Positions 1 through 7,537 of a stretch of DNA of 13,049 nt are shown here, in pieces. The stretch covers positions 1 to 13,049 of the forward strand of contig JAYSWN010000059.1 in assembly GCA_043718025.1 (NCBI GenBank). The letters run 5' to 3'. Position 1 is the first letter of the stretch, and every line of letters begins with the position of its first letter. The position numbers and the translations under genes were made by a program. This DNA comes from Pseudomonadota bacterium. GTDB lineage: Bacteria; Bdellovibrionota; FAC87; UBA2466. The notes beneath the pieces are model-generated. The model did no database searches and was not told where the DNA came from. It saw only the letters and a program-made list of their open reading frames with translations.

Positions 1-256
1 ACTGCTGTCCGGTTCGCTGCGGTGCGCGTTAACGCCATTTCCGTCCTTGCGAGGGTTCGAAGAACCCGTGGCAATCTTCCCAGCATTGAAAACTATCGAG
101 GATATTTTAGCTTTCAACGTGAAAGGGTTGCTTCGGGCGCGGTGCGCCCTCGCAAAGACGGGGTTCGGGACGTGTTAACGGCGAGTATTTCTTGCGCCTC
201 CTAAGAGCCCCATCCAAAGCACCTCTCAGGGCTTCAAATTAAACCGGACAGCAGTG
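1..256. mobile_element. Putative MITE / non-autonomous IS derivative with terminal inverted repeats (a structured ncRNA is the alternative)
   Basis: 1-14 ACTGCTGTCCGGTT is the exact reverse complement of 242-255 AACCGGACAGCAGT. G256 would extend the repeat if the base before the window is C. No convincing ORF inside. Internal nested inverted repeats at 27-35/172-180, 41-55/147-161 (14/15) and 65-95/108-137. Confidence 0.55.
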
Positions 257-258
257 TA

Positions 259-301
259 CCCACTTACTTTGCGGCCAGCGCACATTGTTGAGAGAAGAAA
301 G
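259..301. repeat. Dispersed direct repeat, copy 1 (43 bp)
   Basis: CCCACTTACTTTGCGGCCAGCGCACATTGTTGAGAGAAGAAAG matches 7495-7537 at 40/43 positions without gaps. Confidence 0.9.
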
Positions 302-551
302 CGATTAAATAACGGGCCGAGCGAATCTCACCGCAGCCCGGAACTTTGACCCTCCCCGGCGGTCGGCGGTTAACTTGGGCGGCGCCAGTTCCCATGCCAA
401 GTTCCCAAGCTAAGCCTTTGAAGACACATCGCTTTTCACTTCCCAAAGCTCCATATTTCAGCACTCCGCTAGGGGTACAATGATGGATGCTGTACGTATG
501 TGGGATCGGTATTAGTCAGCGCCCTTTGGGCGCTAGCGGCAGGTTGGTGGT

Positions 552-3500
552 ATGACTATGGCTTATCGATTTTGCATGCGATTGCGCGCGTTGTTTTTGC
601 TCGGCCTCCTCGCGGGCTGCAGCATCAGTCCTAATTTTAAAACTCCCGCGCAAATTATCATCGAAGGCCCCGCGCAACGGACTGTCGTCGTTGCCGAAGG
701 CAAAACTGGTGAGCGTCTCATCCTGCGCATGAGTGCCGCCGAGCTCGACACCCTGGTGCAGCGTCTGCGCGACAGCGGCATCGGTGCCTCCCTCATCTTC
801 CCCACCACCCTTTCGGCCTACTCCGAATCGGCCGCCGGCGAATCCATGGCGATTCTCGTGCTCAAAGACGGAGAGAACCGCGATGTTGCGATGGCTCGGC
901 TGAAGGACATCGGCGTCGACAAAACTGAAACCGACCAGCTCGTGAGCCTCATTCAGATGCCCACCGATCCTTACTGGAATAGCGGCACCCGACCGCAATT
1001 GTTTAACTTGGGTCTTATCTCGCTGCCCGAGGCGTGGGACATAACCACCGGCTCCAATACCACGGTCGTCGCTATCGTGGACACGGGCATTGCCTACACG
1101 CATCCTGATTTAGCCGGCAACATTTGGATCAACGCCGCCGAAGCGAACGGAATTGCGGGGGTGGACGACGACAGAAACGGATTTATCGACGATATCCATG
1201 GTTACGACTTCGTGAACCGAGATGGTGATCCGCTAGACGATCACAATCATGGCACACACGTCGCGGGCACCGTGGGCGCCAAGACTAACAACGGCGTTGG
1301 CGTGGCGGGCGTGAACTGGAACGTAAAGCTCATGGCAATAAAAGTGTTGGCCGCGAACGGACAGGGATACTGGAGCGACGTCTTGCTCGGCCTGAATTAC
1401 GCCGTGGCGATGAAGGCGCCCCTATCCAACTTCAGCCTCGGCGCCCTGGGCGTCAGCCCCGCTTCCTTCGACACCGCCTTGGCCGCCGCCCGCCAAGCCA
1501 ACCACCTGGTACTGGCCGCGGCGGGCAATAATACGACGAATACCGATATCACTCCTTTTGCGCCGGCAGCCCACACCTCGGCCAACCTGCTTTCGATTTG
1601 CGCGACGGATAACTCAGATAACCTGGCGGGCTTTTCCAACTACGGCCCCACCACCGTGGATTTCTGCGCCCCCGGCGTTGGCATTCAAAGCACCGTGCGC
1701 AGCGGGTACGCCTCTTACAACGGCACCTCGATGGCGACCCCCCACGTGGCCGGCGTGGCCGCCCTGCTCGTGAGCTACTCGCCCAATTCCTCCTATTTGC
1801 AGATTCGCAATCGCTTGTTGAGTACGGTCGACGTTATCCCCGGACTCATGGGCCGCAATGTGACGAGCGGTCGCGTGAACGCCGGGCGCGCGCTGCAGAG
1901 GGGCGGAATCGGCGCCTTCCTTACCGACGCAAGCCCCACGGGGACCGTGCCCGGTCCGATCCAACAGGCTAATTTCGTGTTTAACAAAGCGCTCGTCGGC
2001 GACGGGTTTGCCATCGCGGATATCGCCTCCTTCACGGGGCCCGAGGGCGCGAATCTGCTCCCCGTAATTCAGTCCGTGACCGGACAAGGCCGCGAATGGA
2101 GCGTTAACTTTACGGCGCAGAGTGCAAGTGGACAATACACGCTGGTACTAGCCCCCTCCGTTCGTGAGCTGACCCACGGATCGGCGCTCGATCAGAACCA
2201 AAACGCGGTCAATGGAGAGTCCGACGATGGCTACTCTTTGGGCTTCCGGATTACGAACAACCCTACGCCTACCCCGACGGCAACACCGACTTCTTCCCCG
2301 ACCGTAGCGCCGACTACATCACCGACTACATCACCGACTACATCACCGACCGTGGCTCCGACCACATCGCCCACGCCGGCTCCGGTAGTTCCGACAGCCA
2401 CGCCCACGCCCAGTCCGTCGCCGACGGCGAGTCCGACCGCCAGTCCAACTCCTAGTCCCACGCCGGTCCCCACCGAAATCGTGACTCCCATGCCCGATCC
2501 GGGTGCGTGCAACCTGCCCCCGCTCGACGGCCCCGTGATTTTCCAGGGGGTTAACTCTACGCCTCCGCCCAGCGGCGAGCCCGTCTCGACGGTTTTGACC
2601 ACCGCGCCCGGGTTTAGCGCACAAATTATCAATACGAGCCTGGTGCGCATTACTCTCTACAACAACTACAATTCGGCGCGCACTGGCTTTCAGGCGCAGA
2701 TCGGAACCAACGGCGTCGACTTCCCGCTTTCCTGGACGGTGGGTAGTAATACCGCCAGCTTCGTCGCCGGCGGCCTCACGCCTGGATCTCAGATTTACGT
2801 TCGGCTGCGGGCCTTCGAGCCCAACGGCTACTCGCCATTTGGCACTACCCTCATCAAAAAAATGCCGGTCGACCTGGCGACCTTCCCGTTCACGAAGGCG
2901 ATTACTAAAATATCCACCGGCGACGAAGCGTCTCACCGAGTGGAAACGGCCCTGTTCGGAAAGTTCTACGTGGCCGGATCGGTACTCGAAGGCGGCGTAA
3001 CGCACGCGACACTGCTTCGCTATAATGCCGATCTTTCGCTAGATGGTTGTTTCGGTAACCGGGGCCTGGTTTTGGTAAACCACGTAAACGGATCCGAATA
3101 CGGCGTGAACGTTAAACAACTAATCGATGGGCGCATTCTCTTCGTCGAAAGCGCCACCGAAAATGGCCGGGGCATCGTTATCGTTGCTCGTTACCAATAT
3201 GACGGAACGCTCGATACTTCGTTCGGCAACAACGGTGTGCTCAAACTGAACCACGCCTCCGGAACCACTTACGGCGTAGAAGTTCGCCCGACTGTCGACG
3301 GCAAATGGATAGTCGGTGCTTACCTCATCTCGTCCCCTATCAAACCGACTTTCTGGCGCCTGCACGGTAACGGTACGCTCGACACTACCTACGGCCAACT
3401 GGGCAATCTCTTGCCAACCATGCCGCTGTCCTACGATAGCTACCTGCGCTCTTTCGACGTGGGCCCGCAGGGCGAAATTTTTATGGGTAACGATACGTAT

Positions 3501-5348
3501 AGCAGCTTTGGTGCGGGAAGCCCGCGCGCGACGGTTTACAAGCTGACTCCGTCCGGCGCGTTCGATTATTTCTTTGGCGCGTCGGGCAGCTTGAACACCC
3601 CGAACGGCGGAAACATCAGCTCGCAAGGCCAGGTGCGCCGTCAAGCCGATGGGCAGGTGGTATCAGTATCAATGGCGCCGGTAGGATCGCCCTCACGCTA
3701 TCAGGGTCAGGTGATGCGCTTTAGTGCTTTTGGCCAGACAGATATGGGCTTTGGGTCGTCCGGCATTACGATTCTCGGACCGCCCCAGTTCCCCAATGAG
3801 CTGCGCATGCGCAATCTGGCAATCGCGCCCGACGGGGCAATTATCGTGGGCGGTGACGCCAACTCAATTCCGACTATCGCGAGCTACTTCGAAACCCAGT
3901 ACGTTCACGCTATTGCGAAACTGCGGCCCGACGGCTCACTCGACAATAACTTTGGCCAGAACGGTCTGGCGTTCTTCTCTCCCCGCGGCACCCTTGTACA
4001 GATGCCGTCGTCGCTTTTGGTGGCGGACAATGGGGATTACTTGATGTCCGGCTACGCGCTCGATCCGTCCAGTTATGAAAAAGACCACACCCTCATCCGC
4101 GTGTCGCCTTCGGCGGTACGCGCTCCGGCGCCAGGTGCCCCGGGCGTCGCCACCGCCCAAGTTAGTGTAGGTACGGGTTTCCACTGTTATCTGGAGCGAT
4201 CGGGCGAGGTACTTTGTTCGGGCCTGAACGACTTCGGGCAGCTCGGCAGTGGCACCATCGGCCACTCTTCCTTGGGGAGCAAGCGTGTGGTCGGCGTTGA
4301 GGGAAGCGGAGCCCTTTCGCAGGTCGTGCGCATTTCGAGCGCCGAGCAACATAGCTGCGCGGTCGACGCCTTGGGCGCCGTCTACTGCTGGGGACGCAAC
4401 AATTCTATGGGTTTACTGGGCAACGCTTCGCAGCTCGACTCCGGCACTCCGGTGCGGGTCAAGGGCGTAGGTGGCGTAGGTTACCTTGCGGACATAGTCG
4501 AAGTTTCGACGGCCAGTTTCCACACCTGCGCGGTGTCGGCGATCGGCGCCGTTTATTGCTGGGGCGAAAACGGCAGCGGGTACGGCGCGCTCGGCAATGG
4601 CAGCACCGTTTCTTCGGGCATTCCGGTTCAAGTGAAGGGCGTCGGAGGCGTAGGATTTCTCACCAACGTGGTTCAAGTCGATAACGGTAACTGGTTCACC
4701 TGCGCCCTCACGGGAGCCGGTGAGGTCTACTGCTGGGGCGCGAACAACTATGGCCAAGCCGGCCGCGGCACTACTTTTGGCACGACCAATACCCCCGCCC
4801 AAGTCTTGGCGCCGAGTGGAACGAGCGGTACGCTCAGTGGCATTCGCGCGATTGCGGCGGGAAGCGAGAATAACTGCGCACTGACTTACGGCGGCACCGT
4901 TTATTGCTGGGGCATGGGCAGCCAAGGCCAGCTCGGCAACGGCATCCGTGCGAACTCTTCGGTACCTATTCCGGCTAAAGAAGTCGGTGGATCGGGCGAT
5001 CTGACCGGTATCAAGGCTTTCTCGGGCGGAAGCTACAATCAATGCGCGCTCAAGGAGACGGGCCAAGTGATTTGCTGGGGAACCAATGGCAGTGGCCAGC
5101 TCGGCAACGGCACTCAGGTTTCGTCCACCCCGCCCACTTACGTAAAGGGCGTAGGCAACGTTGGCCTTTTGGAGAATGTTGCAAGCCTATCGGCGGGTGT
5201 TTGGGGCGCCTGTGCCGTTCACGTAGACAAGTCGGTGAGCTGTTGGGGCGGGGGCTCCGACGGCGCGTTCAGCGTAGGCGCGAGCCTTCAAGTTCTCACG
5301 CCGATCAAGGTTCAAAGCCCTTACGGCTACGGCCAGCTTGGACTGTGA
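552..5348 (+). CDS. Multidomain S8 (subtilisin-family) serine peptidase lipoprotein with Ig-like, Pro/Thr linker, FN3-like, delta-60 repeat and RCC1/BLIP-II repeat domains
   Basis: Lipobox LLAG-C23 (true start may be ATG 558 or 576). Catalytic motifs VAIVD177TG, HNH233GTHVAG, AAAGN and GTS393MATPHVAG. Ig-like segment ~1910-2255, P/T/S linker ~2262-2492, FN3-like segment (GLTPGSQIYVRLRAF) ~2600-2860. Six repeats of the RYxxDGTLDTSFG type ~2950-4110. Seven repeats of the HxCA..GxVYCWGxNxxGQLG type ~4150-5320. Confidence 0.93.
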   Translation: MTMAYRFCMRLRALFLLGLLAGCSISPNFKTPAQIIIEGPAQRTVVVAEGKTGERLILRMSAAELDTLVQRLRDSGIGASLIFPTTLSAYSESAAGESMAILVLKDGENRDVAMARLKDIGVDKTETDQLVSLIQMPTDPYWNSGTRPQLFNLGLISLPEAWDITTGSNTTVVAIVDTGIAYTHPDLAGNIWINAAEANGIAGVDDDRNGFIDDIHGYDFVNRDGDPLDDHNHGTHVAGTVGAKTNNGVGVAGVNWNVKLMAIKVLAANGQGYWSDVLLGLNYAVAMKAPLSNFSLGALGVSPASFDTALAAARQANHLVLAAAGNNTTNTDITPFAPAAHTSANLLSICATDNSDNLAGFSNYGPTTVDFCAPGVGIQSTVRSGYASYNGTSMATPHVAGVAALLVSYSPNSSYLQIRNRLLSTVDVIPGLMGRNVTSGRVNAGRALQRGGIGAFLTDASPTGTVPGPIQQANFVFNKALVGDGFAIADIASFTGPEGANLLPVIQSVTGQGREWSVNFTAQSASGQYTLVLAPSVRELTHGSALDQNQNAVNGESDDGYSLGFRITNNPTPTPTATPTSSPTVAPTTSPTTSPTTSPTVAPTTSPTPAPVVPTATPTPSPSPTASPTASPTPSPTPVPTEIVTPMPDPGACNLPPLDGPVIFQGVNSTPPPSGEPVSTVLTTAPGFSAQIINTSLVRITLYNNYNSARTGFQAQIGTNGVDFPLSWTVGSNTASFVAGGLTPGSQIYVRLRAFEPNGYSPFGTTLIKKMPVDLATFPFTKAITKISTGDEASHRVETALFGKFYVAGSVLEGGVTHATLLRYNADLSLDGCFGNRGLVLVNHVNGSEYGVNVKQLIDGRILFVESATENGRGIVIVARYQYDGTLDTSFGNNGVLKLNHASGTTYGVEVRPTVDGKWIVGAYLISSPIKPTFWRLHGNGTLDTTYGQLGNLLPTMPLSYDSYLRSFDVGPQGEIFMGNDTYSSFGAGSPRATVYKLTPSGAFDYFFGASGSLNTPNGGNISSQGQVRRQADGQVVSVSMAPVGSPSRYQGQVMRFSAFGQTDMGFGSSGITILGPPQFPNELRMRNLAIAPDGAIIVGGDANSIPTIASYFETQYVHAIAKLRPDGSLDNNFGQNGLAFFSPRGTLVQMPSSLLVADNGDYLMSGYALDPSSYEKDHTLIRVSPSAVRAPAPGAPGVATAQVSVGTGFHCYLERSGEVLCSGLNDFGQLGSGTIGHSSLGSKRVVGVEGSGALSQVVRISSAEQHSCAVDALGAVYCWGRNNSMGLLGNASQLDSGTPVRVKGVGGVGYLADIVEVSTASFHTCAVSAIGAVYCWGENGSGYGALGNGSTVSSGIPVQVKGVGGVGFLTNVVQVDNGNWFTCALTGAGEVYCWGANNYGQAGRGTTFGTTNTPAQVLAPSGTSGTLSGIRAIAAGSENNCALTYGGTVYCWGMGSQGQLGNGIRANSSVPIPAKEVGGSGDLTGIKAFSGGSYNQCALKETGQVICWGTNGSGQLGNGTQVSSTPPTYVKGVGNVGLLENVASLSAGVWGACAVHVDKSVSCWGGGSDGAFSVGASLQVLTPIKVQSPYGYGQLGL
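2310..2350 (+). repeat. Perfect 12-bp tandem repeat (CCGACTACATCA x3.4) encoding PTTS within the Pro/Thr linker
   Basis: Units at 2310-2321, 2322-2333 and 2334-2345, plus partial CCGAC at 2346-2350. Confidence 0.9.
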
Positions 5349-5481
5349 TGACTTCGTTGTAGGAAATTAATTTGTCCGTAGAAACCTTTCGAGTCTTTTG
5401 GCGGTGACAAAAATGGCTCATTGATCCCGCTGTCGGGTTTCAAGTATATTCCCTGCGCTTCATATTTCTTTTGGGGGTCTC

Positions 5482-5901
5482 ATGCGAATTTTTGCGTCTT
5501 TGTTTATTCTGCTGGCTTGTATTGTCTCGAATGCCCGGCAAATTGAGGTGTCGTGCATTTGCCAAAAACCAACAATGGGTTTCAATAGTTCGGTGGATTT
5601 TTTTTCCCTCAACGCGGGGGCAAAAAAAATCACTCTCGGTTCTGCCCTCGCAAAAAAACTTGAACAGAGTAAGGACGGCGAATTTAAGGGCCAATTTCTT
5701 TCCGACTTTCCAAAGTTTTTAACTGAACCCGATGGTATCGCCGCTCAAGACCTTGCAAATGGGATGACCGGAAAACAAGCCGTCCAACAGTTGGCAAAAA
5801 ACTGCCGCGCCAAAACAGAAACCGATCCCACTCTCTTGGCATGCGCACTTGCCGCAGAATTTCTTTACGAAGGAGCCAATGATCCGCTCCTAAACAACTA
5901 A
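5482..5901 (+). CDS. Hypothetical secreted protein (139 aa)
   Basis: ATG preceded by GGGGG. Signal-peptide-like N-terminus MRIFASLFILLACIVSNA. Four Cys in the predicted mature part. Fills the gap between neighbouring genes. No family recognised. Confidence 0.7.
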   Translation: MRIFASLFILLACIVSNARQIEVSCICQKPTMGFNSSVDFFSLNAGAKKITLGSALAKKLEQSKDGEFKGQFLSDFPKFLTEPDGIAAQDLANGMTGKQAVQQLAKNCRAKTETDPTLLACALAAEFLYEGANDPLLNN

Positions 5902-5974
5902 CCCCATTCGGCACTTGATGCACACAATGTCCAAGAATCCAGCATCTATTCCTTAATATGTAACGGATACCTTT

Positions 5975-7057
5975 TTACAGGTAGAAATGGGCGAGCAAAA
6001 AGACGACATCGGCGAACTTGGCGGATGGGCCGCCTACTCGTTGTTTTTGATAGAGAAGGTTTAGCTCCCAATGGGGGCGGGGAAACCACTGCAAACCCAC
6101 GCCGTAGGCTTCGGAGCCGGTCGCCGCTTTCCGGAAATCCAGTTGGGCAAACTCCTGCGTGAGGTAGGCATGAAAGCCCTGAACTAGTTCGTAGTCTAAC
6201 CGGAAATAGTTTGCGGTGCCTTGCTGCTGCACATTCGCTACCGGTCCGGTAAGCGGAGAAAACAGCTGAAAGCCCAAATCGAGAAGTAGGTAAAAACGCG
6301 GCGTAAAACCGAGGATAGCGTAGGGCCCCATGAGGTGGCGTTTCGAAATATCGCGCGAGCCGTAGTAGTAGCTAACTCCCACCTTAAAACGTTCATCCAA
6401 AAGAATGCCGCTACTCAACGCAAAGCCCGACTCAGCACCGAGGCTCGGAGAATCGGGGCGGCCAAAGACGGCCGTAGCAAAGGCATCGATCTGTTCTCCG
6501 GACCAAGCGGCCTCCAAATTATAGGTTTCCGCGGATTGATTACGTCCAAGCCCTTTGCGAGTGGCGACGCTGTGATTCTCTACATAGAGGCCAAACGCCG
6601 GAAGGAAACGGCCGGCCCGAAAGGTAAGATCGTCGGTTGCCCGGTACTGGACATAATGCCGGCGACTAATCGGCGAGGCGTGGTTGTCGATGCCCGCCGT
6701 GGCCACCGCGGTGACCGGTCCCAAGGTAACCCCTGCTTCCACATCCGCGTGCATTAGCAAAATTTGGGTGGATCGTACGGTCTCACGGTTTTGCTGAAAC
6801 AGAGCGGTGCGCATGTCGCCGCCCAAGCTGACCACCTCCGACGGTTTCATCGCGTAGACAAAGCGCTCTTCGCCCGGAGACTTCCACGTGCTCAATAGCT
6901 CAGCCGAGATGGAACGTCCGTACTCCGTAAGCAGTCCTCCGCCCGTGGCGCTATGGTGGCAGCTGATGCAGTTGGGAAAACCGTGGCGCACCATATCGAC
7001 AAAGCCGTGGGCGCGTAGGGAAAATAAACTAAGGGTGAATAGAAGCGCTCTAGTCAT
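5975..7057 (-). CDS. Outer-membrane beta-barrel with N-terminal monoheme CxxCH (Cyc2-like cytochrome-porin fusion)
   Basis: Signal peptide ending AHG, then FVDMVRHGFPNCISCHHSATGGGLLTEYGR (CxxCH at aa 30-34). The remainder shows alternating amphipathic strands (FRAGRFLPAFGL, YGVGLQWFPRPHWELNLLYQ) and ends in the aromatic strand LLAHFYL. Confidence 0.75.
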   Translation of the reverse strand: MTRALLFTLSLFSLRAHGFVDMVRHGFPNCISCHHSATGGGLLTEYGRSISAELLSTWKSPGEERFVYAMKPSEVVSLGGDMRTALFQQNRETVRSTQILLMHADVEAGVTLGPVTAVATAGIDNHASPISRRHYVQYRATDDLTFRAGRFLPAFGLYVENHSVATRKGLGRNQSAETYNLEAAWSGEQIDAFATAVFGRPDSPSLGAESGFALSSGILLDERFKVGVSYYYGSRDISKRHLMGPYAILGFTPRFYLLLDLGFQLFSPLTGPVANVQQQGTANYFRLDYELVQGFHAYLTQEFAQLDFRKAATGSEAYGVGLQWFPRPHWELNLLYQKQRVGGPSAKFADVVFLLAHFYL

Positions 7058-7406
7058 TTTTGGCTCCCAGCGCGATCCATTGGTAAATCAGCTCCAGCTC
7101 CGCATTCGATAGCTTGAGCCCTTCTTCATGTTCTTTCTGCCCCACAAACTCGTTGTACATCGGGCTTTGGTGAGGCTGAAAGGGAGTTACGGCACTTGTA
7201 GAGGAAATTAGATCTTCGTAAGTGCTGACACTAACCCCGCTCGAGGGATTCACCGAATTGTGGCAACGCACACATTGAGGCGTTAAAACCGCCGCCGATA
7301 AATTGGTGAATGTGGGGGCACCTAACGCGGTAACGGAATACTTTGGCCCGGCCGAACAAGCGCTGAGCAAAAGTAGAGAGATGAAAATCGAGACGGCTGA
7401 ATTCAT
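7050..7406 (-). CDS. Lipoprotein monoheme cytochrome c (planctomycete cytochrome C / PSCyt1-like)
   Basis: Lipobox LLSA-C17, CVRCH at aa 45-49, and the characteristic C-terminal LSxxELELIYQWIxxGA helix. Its 3' end overlaps the start of the barrel gene by 8 nt (ATGACTAG). Confidence 0.82.
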   Translation of the reverse strand: MNSAVSIFISLLLLSACSAGPKYSVTALGAPTFTNLSAAVLTPQCVRCHNSVNPSSGVSVSTYEDLISSTSAVTPFQPHQSPMYNEFVGQKEHEEGLKLSNAELELIYQWIALGAKND

Positions 7407-7494
7407 GGGTTTATTTTAAGGCGAAAGAGGTAATTTCAAAAGGAGGATCGCTCGGGTCCAGTTTTCCGCTGAGTAGGGAAAGCAAAAAAGGTAC

Positions 7495-7537
7495 CCCACT
7501 TACTTTGCGGCCAGCGCAAATTGTTGAGTGAGGAAAG
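7495..7537. repeat. Dispersed direct repeat, copy 2 (43 bp)
   Basis: CCCACTTACTTTGCGGCCAGCGCAAATTGTTGAGTGAGGAAAG, 40/43 identical to 259-301. Both copies have GTAC immediately to the left (one extra C in this copy). Confidence 0.9.

Noticed and set aside
264..301. Repeat translates on the minus strand as QQ(C/F)ALAAK*, resembling a tmRNA/ssrA tag
   Set aside because: An extra Lys follows ALAA, there are no tRNA-like tmRNA ends nearby, and in copy 2 an in-frame stop lies a few codons upstream.
384..400. Sigma-54-like TGGCAT on the minus strand
   Set aside because: The -12 element reads CTGG rather than TTGC, and there is no credible downstream gene.
22..464. ORFs 22..204 (+) and 264..464 (-)
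   Set aside because: Non-ATG starts, no recognisable motifs, and they overlap the palindromic element and repeat.
518..534. Hairpin AGCGCCC-TTT-GGGCGCT before the subtilase start
   Set aside because: Real 7-bp stem, but no U-tract or other support for a function.
4150..5320. Internal nucleotide similarity (AAGGGCGT.GG.GGCGTAGG) as a DGR template/variable repeat
   Set aside because: Explained by RCC1 protein repeats. No adenine-specific mismatch pattern and no reverse transcriptase in the window.
516..5362. Numerous antisense and alternate-frame ORFs inside the subtilase gene
   Set aside because: Shadow ORFs of a GC-rich coding region. The VGxGV-rich ORF 2231..2650 is just the antisense of the Pro/Thr linker.
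259..7537. 43-bp repeats as a CRISPR array
   Set aside because: Only two copies, 7.2 kb apart, with no spacers and no cas genes.
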